Part shown: positions 23,207-34,544 of the stretch, one piece after another
Position numbering within the stretch: the first letter of the stretch is position 1
Layout of the letters: each line of letters begins with the position of its first letter
Source: Selaginella moellendorffii
Lineage: Eukaryota > Plantae > Lycopodiophyta
Assembly: GCF_000143415.4 (NCBI RefSeq)
Contig: NW_003314317.1
Coordinates: 1,164,164 to 1,228,163 of the forward strand
Direction of reading: 5' to 3'
Length of the DNA: 64,000 bases
Translations under genes and position numbers: made by a program
Notes under the pieces: generated by a model
What the model was told of the DNA's origin: nothing
Database searches by the model: none
Seen by the model: only the letters and a program-made list of their open reading frames with translations

Positions 23207-24115
23207 TTATTTAATATGCCACACTGCATATCCAGTTAAACTATGATATACAACCAAATTCCCATCATCTTGTAAAGCTAAAATTGAAGGTACTTCACAT
23301 GGAGATTTACAATATTTATCACTTGACCATAGAGAAATTTTATTTCTTGTATATAAAACTAAATTACCATCAGTTTGAAGTCTTAATATACATCCATTTT
23401 CTCCAAGATTACCAGTATTTAATTTCCAATATTCTTGTGAGCTTGGGACATGCATTAATTCTAGCTCACAATTGTTTAACAAATTTAGTTGATAAATTTT
23501 ATTTGGTGAGAGCTTTATGGTGCCTGGCATCATAAAAGAAAAGGTATTATAGTCCTCTCCACTAATAAGACCCGAATACAAAATCCAACAATCATAAAAG
23601 TCTCCTGGCTTTAGAGATGTGGTGTCAGAATCATTTATATATACTGTGTTAAAAGCTTCTAAGTTGGGAATTTTTGATCCATATTCTAAATAATAAAGAA
23701 CCATAAAATTGTTATTAACAACTATTAGAGCATCATAACCTTTCCATTTAGCTTTATCATTAAGAACATGATAAATTGGAAATAGCCCAAGCTTTAGTTC
23801 TTCACCACCAGCACCACCTTTAACATCCCATTGACCACTACAGTATCCATTTAAATTTACAGGCCCTAACATCCATGCACCAACTAACACTCTATAAGAG
23901 CCTATAACATTATAGAAAGCAAAACCTCTACCATATGGATAACTGTGATAGTCATCAATGGAATCCATTACTTGGTCTAATGTGTTCAAGATAACTTCTC
24001 GCGGCCCACCAACTGGGATGACATTTTCATGCCCAACATATTCTAAACTACTCTCTAAAACAATTACTATGTTTAATAGAATTGATAACAATAGTAACAC
24101 AGAGTTTACTTCCAT
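23207..24115 (-). CDS. Secreted protein with C-terminal bulb-type (GNA) mannose-binding lectin domain
   Basis: 302-aa intronless ORF; hydrophobic N-terminus; QTDGNLVLY and QDDGNLVVY (QxDxNxVxY) motifs. Confidence 0.8.
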   Translation of the reverse strand: MEVNSVLLLLSILLNIVIVLESSLEYVGHENVIPVGGPREVILNTLDQVMDSIDDYHSYPYGRGFAFYNVIGSYRVLVGAWMLGPVNLNGYCSGQWDVKGGAGGEELKLGLFPIYHVLNDKAKWKGYDALIVVNNNFMVLYYLEYGSKIPNLEAFNTVYINDSDTTSLKPGDFYDCWILYSGLISGEDYNTFSFMMPGTIKLSPNKIYQLNLLNNCELELMHVPSSQEYWKLNTGNLGENGCILRLQTDGNLVLYTRNKISLWSSDKYCKSPCEVPSILALQDDGNLVVYHSLTGYAVWHIK

Positions 24116-24318
24116 TTTGTTTAAGTGATTATTTTTCCTTCTATAAATTAAAAAAAAAGTAATACTAGGCTCTATTTATAAAGTAGACTTTTATTTTAAT
24201 AATCCACAAAACTTAGGAAATTAAGTTGAAAAAGAAAATTGATATACCAAAATAAAGTGTGGTGCAAATATTTAATATATCTTTTTTCTTTTCAAAAAAG
24301 CGTCTTCATTAGTAGAGA

Positions 24319-26175
24319 ATGTTAGGGTTCCGTGCCAAGAAGCTCGTCGCCTCCGTAGTCTCCAAGAGGTACTATTCCTATCCCCCGCCGCCGCGCAAGA
24401 AGCGCAATCCTCCGCCGGCATTCTTCGATGCCAGGGCCGTCGCACAGATCGATTCGTGCCCGGTGACCAGCGCAGCCCGGATTCGTGCCACTCTTCTCCT
24501 CACCTATCACTGGATTTGGAGCTTCCAGCAGCACAGGGACAAGAAGCATCATTGCTTGGGCGGGCTCTTGAGAAATCCCGACCTCTGGATCTGCGCCTAC
24601 CAGAGGGCCTGCTACAACAACAAGCTATGGAGTCCCGTGAGCTCTCTCCCTCCCAAAACTCTGGAAACGCTGGAGCTTCTCATGGAAGCGGTGTGTGCGA
24701 ATTGCTATGGCTGGGGTGGGACGAAGGTTGTGTACGTTTGTCCTCCACACAAGACGGCTATAGAGGCCACGGAGGTGGACGAGAAGAGCTTCCAGGACGA
24801 GATCGTCCAGGAGGTTCTACTCATGGTTTTGGAGCCGATATACGAGGCCAAGTTCTCGAGAAGATCGTTTGGATATAGGCCGGGAAGGGGTGCTCGCGAG
24901 TGCCTCCGATTCATCCACGGCAACTTTGGTGATGTCTCGTGGACTGTGAAAGGAGATCTCTCCAAGCTCTTCGATTATCCACAGGCCGAGCTCTTCAACC
25001 GGGTTCTACGCAATGTGATCCAGGACGACAAAGTTGGCGAGCTGATCATCAAGGGGATGAAGACACGAGCTCCTCCGGCCGTGCTTCCGTTTAAGAGATT
25101 GAAGCCGACAAAGAGGAAGTTCCTGGAGTTTGAGCCGAGAAGGACTCCGTTGTGGCTGGAGGTGGTTCTGGGATTTGCTCCGGCAGAGGCTCAAAGAACT
25201 CCCGACTGGGGATGCTGCAACAAGCTGGGTCCGTTTCTGGCCAACGTTTATCTAAGTGAGCTCGACGCCTGGATGGAAAAGCAGGCCGAGCTGTTCCGTC
25301 GGCCTCACGATCCGTCCATCGGTGTAAGCTTTAGCACCGACGAGCAGGAGAAGCCAAACAATGCTAGGAAAATGGAGTACGTCCGCTTTGGAGCTCACTT
25401 CCTTATCTCGGTAAGAGGCACAAGAGACGACGTTTTGAGCTTCGAGGAGAAGTGTAGAGTCTTCTGCAAGCAAAAGTATCATCGCGAGCCGGAGTTTGGA
25501 GCACCTGAGGCGATCTCAACGCCGACGCTGTTCCTCGGCCACCATTTTTTCCAGACCAAGAAGTTGAAAACGAAGTGGGAGCCGTCCTCAAACAAGAGAG
25601 GAACGGTTTCGAAAGTGGAGAAGACCGTCTTCTGCGTGGACGGCGCTGTGGGGCACGCCGTCCACAGCTTGAAGCGAGTAGGCGTTCTCGACGACAAAGA
25701 CAACACGCTTCCATGCATGCGGCTCTTTCACGAGGACCAGGTTCACAACAATGCTCACGTCAACAAGATCTTGCGAGCGCTGGCCGACTTGTACCAGCAC
25801 TCGACAAACCGAGCGGAGATGTGCGAGCTCATCGGGTACTTGTTTCGATCGTCGCTGGCGAAGATGTATGCTGCGAAGTACAAGCTCCGGACGCAGATCC
25901 GGGTGGCCAAGTCCGCGTCCTTGGATCTTTGCAAGCCACTCAAGGATCCTCAAAAGGCCGGAGGAGGAGCACAGACGGAGGCGGTGCCGGAGCCACTGGA
26001 GCTTGTTTACAGCGTTCCAGAAGCTCTTGTGGCACCCATAGCTCACGACTGGAAGCCGCTACACGAGAAAACTCTGAGAAGTGTGGCCAGGCTGCTCCGT
26101 CCGGAGGGACTCCAGGACGGACTAGTTGTGCTGGCCAAGGAACTTGGAACTTGCTGGAAGCTAGTCGATGACTAG
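24319..26175 (+). CDS. Nuclear-encoded group II intron maturase (nMAT1/nMAT2 type)
   Basis: 618 aa; mitochondrial-like presequence; FQDEIVQEVLLMVLEPIYE, SFGYRPGR, GPFLANVYLSELDAWME; YADD position replaced (YVRFGAH); domain X (SLAKMYAAKYKLRT). Confidence 0.9.
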   Translation: MLGFRAKKLVASVVSKRYYSYPPPPRKKRNPPPAFFDARAVAQIDSCPVTSAARIRATLLLTYHWIWSFQQHRDKKHHCLGGLLRNPDLWICAYQRACYNNKLWSPVSSLPPKTLETLELLMEAVCANCYGWGGTKVVYVCPPHKTAIEATEVDEKSFQDEIVQEVLLMVLEPIYEAKFSRRSFGYRPGRGARECLRFIHGNFGDVSWTVKGDLSKLFDYPQAELFNRVLRNVIQDDKVGELIIKGMKTRAPPAVLPFKRLKPTKRKFLEFEPRRTPLWLEVVLGFAPAEAQRTPDWGCCNKLGPFLANVYLSELDAWMEKQAELFRRPHDPSIGVSFSTDEQEKPNNARKMEYVRFGAHFLISVRGTRDDVLSFEEKCRVFCKQKYHREPEFGAPEAISTPTLFLGHHFFQTKKLKTKWEPSSNKRGTVSKVEKTVFCVDGAVGHAVHSLKRVGVLDDKDNTLPCMRLFHEDQVHNNAHVNKILRALADLYQHSTNRAEMCELIGYLFRSSLAKMYAAKYKLRTQIRVAKSASLDLCKPLKDPQKAGGGAQTEAVPEPLELVYSVPEALVAPIAHDWKPLHEKTLRSVARLLRPEGLQDGLVVLAKELGTCWKLVDD

Positions 26176-26434
26176 AACTTTCGCGGGGATGAAGATCAAC
26201 AGTTCGTCAAAGTGATATTCTGCGAGGTACAAAATTCCCAATTCTATCTATGTTTGTCATCCAAGATGTGACTCTTTGAAACTTTCAGAGCGGCCAGGAG
26301 ATGCCTATGACGAAGAACGGTAGACGATGAATTGACTAAGTTTGTCTACTTGCGGAAGCTTCATGTCGCTGGTAAGTGCCTTGTTTTTTTATCCATTTTC
26401 AGCAACAAAGTTTTTCCTTTCCACAACCGCAGCT

Positions 26435-27043
26435 ATGGCCTTTGTGGAGCACTTGGTCCTCTTCAGGCTGAAGAAGGAGGTATCAAATTCTCAAGAAGAA
26501 GAATGGCTACACTCGCTCAACAATCTCAAGAGCCTGGATGGCATTCTCTACTTCAGAGCTGCCAGGATTGCGGAGATCAGCGGTACGTTTTCATTTACTC
26601 ACGCCCTCTACGCCAGGTTCTCCGGGAAAGCAGCTCTTGCGCACTACTCACCACATCCAGAGCATCTCAAAGTTGTGGAGATTGGGAGGCAAATATGTGA
26701 CGACTTCTTTGGGCTCGACTGGGAGACCAACGATGCCTCTCAAGTGGGAGACGGCCCCAAAGTCTTCATGGTTGTGAAGCTCAAAGACGGGGTTGATTCA
26801 CATGTGCTCCTGGAAGTGGCTTCCGTGTGTGCAAAGCAGGCTTCCCAGGGGAGATTTGTCAGTGCTGGTTCCGATTTTTCGAAGCGGGGCAGAGGTTTTG
26901 ATTTTGGATATCTTCTGGGAACTTGCAGCGATTGTCCTCCAGACCAACATGCTACTGCTCTTAAGCATCTGCAAGACGAGCTTGCGTTCCTCCAGGGAGC
27001 GATCGATTCTTTCTTGGAGAGCTCTTTTGTCGTCCAGTGTTGA
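26435..27043 (+). CDS. Stress-responsive A/B barrel (Dabb) domain protein, copy 1
   Basis: VEHLVLFRLK, FTHALYARF, YSPHPEHLKV; probable 5'UTR intron gtaagt..ccgcag at 26372-26432. Confidence 0.85.
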   Translation: MAFVEHLVLFRLKKEVSNSQEEEWLHSLNNLKSLDGILYFRAARIAEISGTFSFTHALYARFSGKAALAHYSPHPEHLKVVEIGRQICDDFFGLDWETNDASQVGDGPKVFMVVKLKDGVDSHVLLEVASVCAKQASQGRFVSAGSDFSKRGRGFDFGYLLGTCSDCPPDQHATALKHLQDELAFLQGAIDSFLESSFVVQC

Positions 27044-28731
27044 CAAAGATTAATATTTAAATTATGGAGGAAATAGTAGCTTCTTATGGAATTTAATTAG
27101 TTTCTGGTATGCATTTTCGAAATTAAAAAAAACAAAAAACTTGGATGTTTTGATTATCTAACCTGTGGGTTATAGGTACTTCCACTGCACCACTTGATTT
27201 ATATATCTATGAGCCAGGTCAAATGTGGCTCTTTTTTTCACTCCTGGAGTGATCTTTCCTCCACTCCCTTTTTAAAAGCTAGGTGAGAGTAAGAATGAAG
27301 GTCATTTCTGCCAAGCAAAGTTCACTTTTGTGGAGTGAAGTTCACTCAAGAGCAAAATCAAGAATGAATTTTACTTTTATCCCTATTAGCAAATAAAATG
27401 CTGTCTTTCCTTAATGAACTATTACATGTTTCATATTTCACCTAATAACATTTACCTTAAAAGGGTTTAGTCCAACCAATTATCAATTAAAGCTTCCCTC
27501 TTCATTTTTGACATATGTTAAACTTGACAATCAAGAATATTGCCTAGAAGTCCTATAGAAAAGTCTAGAAACCTTGTTTTTCTATCCATGGTTTCTTGCA
27601 CAACCATTGAATAATGCATTTTTACTCTAGCATACCAATTCTTTGGATCTATATTCAAACTAGAATATCAGTGCAATCCATAGCTCCAAAGCAATTTGGG
27701 AAACCTTTCAACTCTTGAAAGTTATGTTTGATATTTGAATCTATAGGCCAAGTAATTTGATGCATGGAATTCAAAGCAGTATAGAATTATAAGTTTCTGA
27801 ATTCAATTGAAAAAAGGCAAACAAGATAATTAATTAGACCAAAAAGGTGTATTTTTGTTCATGGACTATTTCTTTCTATATTTGAAGCTTTATAGATTAT
27901 TTTTCAAACCAAACTCAAATATAAATCTCAATATATGATGTGTTTTTTTCTAATTAACGAACAAAGTTGAACTCAAAGCCCTTTTGATACCAAATATAAC
28001 TTCTTGAATTTAAATTTCCCGAGAAGTCATTTTACCCAATAATACTTAAACCCAAAGACAGTTAACCTCAAATATCTCAACACCCTTAATTTATTAAAAA
28101 ATGGTCATTTCTCTTTGTATTTAAACCTTTATAAATTTATTCTTTTTGGTTGTTTATAGAAACTTTTTCAAACATTTATATGCGGTAGATGATGCCATCC
28201 TAAAATTATTGCTAATATTTTGCTAATGATCACCTATTGCCAACCTCTTCAAAGAAACCATAAACTGTTTAGATACTGAAATAAACCTTCCTAGAATGCT
28301 ATCAGACTAGTTGGAGGTAAAGTCTTTAAGTTGTCCCCTAATAGTCCCTGTAGAGATGGCAAAATATTTCCTGGAATTGCAAGATCAATCTTCAAAACCT
28401 CTAGCTCCATTTAATACTACCAATGAAAAGATTTAGACTTGATATAGAAATCTCCTATTTTCTATCCCACTAATTCTTTTCTATTGATCATATGAGATGT
28501 AAAGAGTGCTAAAGCAAGATTATCAACAATAAGAATGTTAAGGACATTTGCAATAAAGCATGAAAATACCTAAACCTTTGCATCATGTCCTTAAGAAACT
28601 TTTGCTCTTTTACTATAAAGAAAGCAACTAGAGTTGCACTTACCTCCACAATTGCAATGACAATTTACAATCCAACCATGAAGAACTTTCTTTTGCCAAT
28701 TCTTGCCATTACACTACTTGGTGGCTTTGCT

Positions 28732-29903
28732 GGTTCTACTCATGGTTTTGGAGCCGATATACAAGGCCAAGTTCTCAAGAAGATCGTTTGGATATAGGCC
28801 GGGAAGGGGTGCTCGCGAGTGCCTGCGATTCATCCACGGCAACTTTGCTGATGTTTCGTGGACTGTAAAAGGAGATCTCTCCAAGCTCTTCGATTATCCA
28901 CAGGCCGAGCTCTTCAACCGGGTTCTACGCAATGTGATCCAGGACGAAGTTGGCGAGCTGATCATCAAGGGGATGAAGACACGTGCTCCTCTGGCCGTGC
29001 CTCAGTTTAAGAGATTGAAGCCGACAAAAAGGAAGTTCCTGGAGTTTGAGCCGAGAAGGACTCCGTTGTGGCTGGAGGTGGTTCTGGGATTTGCTCCGGC
29101 AGAGGCTCAAAGAACTCCCGACTGGGGATGCTGCAACAAGCTGGGTCCGTTTCTGGCCAACGTTTATCTAAGCGAGCTCGACGCCTGGATGGAAAAGCAG
29201 GCCGAGCTGTTCCGTCGGCCTCACGATCCGTCCATCGGTGTAAACTTTAGCACCGACGAGCAGGAGAAGCCAAACAATGCTAGGAAAATGGAGTACGTCC
29301 GCTTTGGAGCTCACTTCCTTATCTCGGTCAGAGGCATAAGAGACGACGTTTTGAGCTTCGAGGAGAAGTGTAGAGTCTTCTGCAAGCAAAAGTATCATCG
29401 CGAGCCGGAGTTTGGAGCACCTGAGGCGATCTCAACGCCGACGCTGTTCCTCAGCCACCATTTTTTCCAGACCAAGAAGTTGAAAACGAAGTGGGAGCCG
29501 TCCTCAAACAAGAGAGGAACGGTTTCGAAAGTGGAGAAGACCGTCTTCTGCGTGGACGGCGCTGTGGAGCACGCCGTCCAGAGCTTGAAGCGAGTAGGCG
29601 TTCTCGACGACAAAGACAACACGTTTCCATGCATTCGGCTCTTTCACGAGGATCAGGTTCACAACAATGCTCACGTCAACAAGATCTTGCGAGCGCTGGC
29701 CGACTTGTACCAGCACTCGACAAACCGAGCGGAGATGTGCGAGCTCATCGGGTACTTGTTTCGATCGTCGCTGGCGAAGATGTATGCTGCGAAGTACAAG
29801 ATCCGGACGCAGATCCGGGTGGCCAAGTCCGCGTCCTTGGATCTTTGCAAGCCACTCATGGATCCTCAAAAGGCCGGAGGAGGAGCACAGACGGAGGCGG
29901 TGC
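28732..29903 (+). pseudogene. 5'- and 3'-truncated duplicate of the maturase gene
   Basis: Near-identical to 24813-25987; lacks the N-terminus; broken at 29903 by an inversion; the frame is still open. Confidence 0.88.
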
Positions 29904-29961
29904 GCATACCAGAAATTAATTAAGTCCCATATTTCCTCCATAATCTACATAGTAATCTTTG

Positions 29962-30567
29962 TCAACACTGGACAACAAAAGAGCTCTCCAAGAAAGAATC
30001 GATCGCTCCCTGGAGGAACGCAAGCTCGTCTTGCAGATGCTTAAGAGCAGTAGCATGTTGGTCAGGAGGACAATCGCTGCAAGTTCCCAGAAGATATCCA
30101 AAATCAAAACCGCTGCCCCGCTTCGAAAAATCGGAACCAGCACTGACAAATCTCCCCTGAGAAGCGTGCTTTGCACACACGGAAGCCACTTCCAGGAGCA
30201 CCTGTGAATCAACCCCGTCTTTGAGCTTCACAACCATGAAAACTTTGGGGCCGTCTCCCACTTGAGAGGCATCGTTGGTCTCCCAGTCGAGCACGAAGTA
30301 CTCGTCGCATATTTGCCTGCCCATCTCCACAACTTTGAGATGCTCGGGATGTGGCAAGTAGTGCGCAAGAGCTGCTTTCCCGGAGAACCTGGCGAAGAGG
30401 GCGTGAGTAAATGAAAACGTACCGCTGATCTCCGCAATCCTGGCAGCTCTGAAGTAGAGAATGCCATCCAGGCTCTTGAGATTGTTGAGCGCGTGTAGCA
30501 CTTCTTCTTCTTGAGAATTTGATAACTCCTTCAGCCTTAGGAGGACCAAGTGCTCCACAAAAGCCAT
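29962..30567 (-). CDS. Dabb domain protein, inverted copy 2
   Basis: Reverse-complement paralogue of 26435-27043; intact ORF with substitutions and a 1-codon deletion. Confidence 0.85.
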   Translation of the reverse strand: MAFVEHLVLLRLKELSNSQEEEVLHALNNLKSLDGILYFRAARIAEISGTFSFTHALFARFSGKAALAHYLPHPEHLKVVEMGRQICDEYFVLDWETNDASQVGDGPKVFMVVKLKDGVDSQVLLEVASVCAKHASQGRFVSAGSDFSKRGSGFDFGYLLGTCSDCPPDQHATALKHLQDELAFLQGAIDSFLESSFVVQC

Positions 30568-30816
30568 AGCTGCGGTTGTGGAAAGGAAAAACTTTGTTGC
30601 TGAAAATGGATAAAAAAAAAACAAGGCACTTACCAGCGACATGAAGCTTCCGCGAGTAGACAAACTTAGTCAATTCATCATCTACCGTTCTTCGTCATAT
30701 CTCTGAAAGTTTCAAAGAGTCACGTCTTGGATGAGAAACATAGATAGAATTGGAAAATGCTGTACCTCGCAGAGCATCACCTTGATGAACTGTTGATCTC
30801 CATCCCCGCGCAAGTT

Positions 30817-30980
30817 CTAGTCATCGACCAGCTTCCAGCAAGTTCCAAGTTCCAAGTTCCTTGGCCAGCACAACTAGTCCATCCTCTGGACGGAGCAGCC
30901 TGGCTACACTGCTCAGAGTTTTCTCTTGTAGCGGCTTCCAGTCGTGAGCTATGGGAGCTTCTGGAACGCTGTAAACAAGC
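30817..30980 (-). pseudogene. Inverted, deleted 3' end of the maturase duplicate
   Basis: Reverse complement of ~26001-26175 with several small indels. Confidence 0.85.
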
Positions 30981-31145
30981 GCATTTTCGAAATTAGAAAA
31001 ACAAAAAACTTTATGGTTTTCGATCCTCCGCCCTGTAGGTTACGGGTCCTTGATTTAAATAGTTAAAAGTCTAAGACAGGCTTTGATATTAAATAGTTGA
31101 ATACATTTTGAATTAAAAAAATATTTTTAAAGCTGTCGAATTTGC

Positions 31146-33059
31146 ATGAAAACTTTACTTTGCTCTTTGGCTGAATCAGAGCTTTACAGTGCAAGCTTTG
31201 AGAATGAGAAGCATCGCGTTGCAGAGCTCGTAAGAAACGCTAGAGATGTAGCCACTGCAAGTCGAGTACACTGGAGCATACACAAGAGCAGGCTCTCCAA
31301 AAACAAGTATATCTCCAACCTGCTCGTCCAAATGTATGGCAAACTTGGCAGCCTTGGCGAAGCGCTTCAAGTGTTCGATTCAATCGCACAACCCAATCTT
31401 TTCTCCTGGAGCATTGTTGTGGTGGCATTTGTCCAGAATGGCGAATTGGAGAAATCATGGACGCTACTCGAAAAGATGCCCGAGACCAACGTAATTGCTG
31501 TCACAGCCATTTTGACAGCCTATGCTAAGCAGGGAAACTTAAACGAGGCCAAGGTGATATTTGACAATGCCCCGGAGAGGAATCTAGTCACTTGGAATAC
31601 TATGCTCCAGGTATATTCGCGGACAGGGCATCTGAAAGAATGTAGAAAGATCTTCGAGGACATGCCAGCCAGAGATTCCGTGTCATGGAATATGCTAATC
31701 ACAGCCGCTGTAAACAACGGCAATGTGGAATATGCGCGGGAATGTTTTCAACTGGCTCCCGACAGAGACGTGGTACTCTGGACAACCTTGCTGGCGGCAT
31801 ATGCCGAGATAGGGAATCTGGAAGAAGCAAAGGGGTTGTTCGACCGGATGCCGTCCACGGACGTGGTGACGTGGACGGCCATGATCATCGCCTACGCTCA
31901 TAGCGGCCACCTTGAGGGGGCTAGAGCCGTGTTTGATAGAATGCCTGAAAGAAATGTCGTGTCCTGGACGAGCATGGTGGCGATTCTTGGCAAAACTGGC
32001 ATGGTGGGCGATGCTAAACTCATCTTTGATTCCATGCCCGAGCAAAATGAGGTTTCGATCACGGCGATGATCGCTGCATACGCGAAACATGGCCAAGTAG
32101 AAGCCGGAATGGCACTGATAGATCGAATTCCAACCTTAAACACAGAGATTTGTACGACGATGATTCAAGCTCATGCCCAAGCCGGAGATTTAGACCGTGC
32201 AAAGAGAATGTTTGATTCGATGAGGGATCACGACGTAATCGCGTATAACACAATGATCAGTGCATACGTCGATTCTTTCAAAGTAGAGCACGCAAAGTGT
32301 TTGTTCGACAAGATGCCTGTGCAGAATCTTGTGACATGGAATGCTATGCTTGCGGCATATGCCTTGAATGGGCATCTTGATCAAGCAAAAGAGTTGCTGC
32401 TTTCAATGCCGGACAAAGATGTGGTGACGTGGACAACGGTGATCATAGCATACGTGGCTGCTGGAGACCTGGACACGTCACAGATATTGTTTGACAACAT
32501 GGTCGAGCGGACGTCGGTGTCTTGGGCTGTTATTCTTGCAGCATATGCCCAGAGTGGGCATCTTTGCAAAGCAAGAGGAATCTTCGACAAGATACCCTGT
32601 TTAAACGCTGTGATATGGACGTCAATGGTGGCAGCGCATGCGCACTTTGGACTTGGGAGCCAAGCCGTTGATCTCTTCCAACGCTTGAACCTTGAAGGGC
32701 TGGATTCCTGCCAAGTGTTGCTCACTCACATTTTGAACGCTTGCAGCCACTTGGGTCTTGTTGAGGAAGGCCGGAAATTCTTTAGATTTATGGTTTCTGA
32801 GCGAGAACTATCTCCAACCAAGGAGCACTTTCGAGCGATGGTGGATATCCTGGGAAGAGCCGGGCAGCTCAAAGGTGCCGAGGAGATTATTGTCAACATG
32901 CCCTTTGTTCCTGACGTTGGTGACTGGGAATCGTTGTTGGGCTCTTGCAAGATGCATAGAGAAGTTGTCTTGGCAGCTCGAGCAGCAGAGATGGTGTCTC
33001 GGTTGGATCGGAAAAACACTACTAGTTACCTGTTAATGTCAAACTTAGTTACCAGCTAA
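31146..33059 (+). CDS. PLS/SS-class PPR protein (E-type, no DYW)
   Basis: 637-aa intronless ORF of ~31-aa repeats; HFRAMVDILGRAG; WESLLGSCKMH. Confidence 0.92.
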   Translation: MKTLLCSLAESELYSASFENEKHRVAELVRNARDVATASRVHWSIHKSRLSKNKYISNLLVQMYGKLGSLGEALQVFDSIAQPNLFSWSIVVVAFVQNGELEKSWTLLEKMPETNVIAVTAILTAYAKQGNLNEAKVIFDNAPERNLVTWNTMLQVYSRTGHLKECRKIFEDMPARDSVSWNMLITAAVNNGNVEYARECFQLAPDRDVVLWTTLLAAYAEIGNLEEAKGLFDRMPSTDVVTWTAMIIAYAHSGHLEGARAVFDRMPERNVVSWTSMVAILGKTGMVGDAKLIFDSMPEQNEVSITAMIAAYAKHGQVEAGMALIDRIPTLNTEICTTMIQAHAQAGDLDRAKRMFDSMRDHDVIAYNTMISAYVDSFKVEHAKCLFDKMPVQNLVTWNAMLAAYALNGHLDQAKELLLSMPDKDVVTWTTVIIAYVAAGDLDTSQILFDNMVERTSVSWAVILAAYAQSGHLCKARGIFDKIPCLNAVIWTSMVAAHAHFGLGSQAVDLFQRLNLEGLDSCQVLLTHILNACSHLGLVEEGRKFFRFMVSERELSPTKEHFRAMVDILGRAGQLKGAEEIIVNMPFVPDVGDWESLLGSCKMHREVVLAARAAEMVSRLDRKNTTSYLLMSNLVTS

Positions 33060-33156
33060 TGTTACACTTGCCAAATGCTCAAAGAAGTTACGTTGTTTTG
33101 AGCGTTTGTTTAAACCCGTTAATCGATAGTAAGTGTCGGTAAGTAGTGTGTGTCGT

Positions 33157-34391
33157 TTAAACGTTGGAACTCTCTGGTGGTAATGGAGGATTATCCTCCA
33201 AGACTTTGTTGCGTGGGGATGATGGTTGCTGAGTTAGCTGCGAGTAAGTTCCCTGAGCTGTACGAGTACAAGTTAAGATCGGTCATGTTGGAAGGCAGGA
33301 GAGAACTTACAATCGGGAGCTCCAAAAACAGATGGAAAATGTTGCCCATAGCACAATGTAGCACTTGTCATTCCTGTTGTCAAAGAAAAAAAACTATTCA
33401 ATGATCATAACTTGTGTAGGCCAAGGTACCTATCAAAGCGGCAACGCACACGTCCTCCCAGTGGTGTTTGTAGTCTTCCAGGCGAGAAATGGAAACGTAG
33501 GCTGCGACCGCAAGCGGCGCAAATGGAATTAAAAACTTCCACATTTGTCCTTCTCGACGGTGATCAAACAGCTGAAGCTTTCCAGCAAAATAGAGAGACA
33601 GGTAGCCCAGTCCTGCGAAACACCCTGCCAGAGAAGTCAAATAAACTAGAATATACACAATAAAGAAGTCGCTCACACGAGGCATGGCCACTTGGAAAGC
33701 TTTTGTGTCCATCTCTGATCACAGCCTCGTCACCAGTGCAGAGAACTTCGCCAATTGCTGTATAGATCTGAATCGAGAAAACAATCACAAAGGTGTCATT
33801 GGAAAAGAAACTGCTACATACCTCGACTCCATCTGGAAAGCATCGCCAGAAGAAATCCGGCCGAGGCCGACCAACAGACACCTTGATCGCATTTGTCACA
33901 ACACCAGCAAGAGCGAGTGAGAAAGCCAGCCCTGGATCGTAGCATTGAGAAAACAAGTGTAGGAAGAGAGAGAAGAAAAACCAAGAAAAACTTACCCAGC
34001 AGAGCATGGTGAAGGTCGCGAGGATCTCTTTTGTAAGCGTGGAAACATAGAATGATGAGAGCAGGAACTGCCAGGGAAATCACCTGATCAAAAGAGACTA
34101 CCAAAACTTCCATCACTACACCAAAGCGTTCGCAAGAGGAAAAAAGTGCTTTACCGGAACGTAAACAAAGGAAACCGTGCTGGATTTCATGGGATATCGC
34201 AGATCGTCCAGCATGTACCTCCCCACAAATCTCTGGAAAGGATGGAGGACATGGAGCCCATAGAATGCCCCGCCAAGGAGCACGACCACAATCCAGTCGA
34301 GAATGTGGCGCCTTGCAAGCTCCAAGAACGATGCTCTGCAAGAAATCCTCGGACCGGGAGCGTCCAAGAGCGGCATCTCTAGCCTCTGCAT
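33157..34391 (-). CDS. LPP: Lipid phosphate phosphatase (PAP2 family), multi-exon
   Basis: Catalytic motifs [18 protein letters not shown] and [13 protein letters not shown] on successive exons. Confidence 0.92.
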
Positions 34392-34544
34392 TTGCCCCGA
34401 TCTGCAAGAAATTGCTGGAAATTCCAGGGAAATACGCCGACAATACCAGAGACAACGATCGCGCGAGCTTCTCTCCCGAAGAACCCTAAACTGGAAGTCA
34501 TTGACGGCCAAGTTATACGCTGGCACCAGTCAGCCTCGTCAGCT

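Noticed and set aside
24319-26175. Mobile group II intron or retron RT
   Set aside because: YADD is lost, no flanking intron RNA was recognised and a targeting peptide is present; fits a domesticated nMAT.
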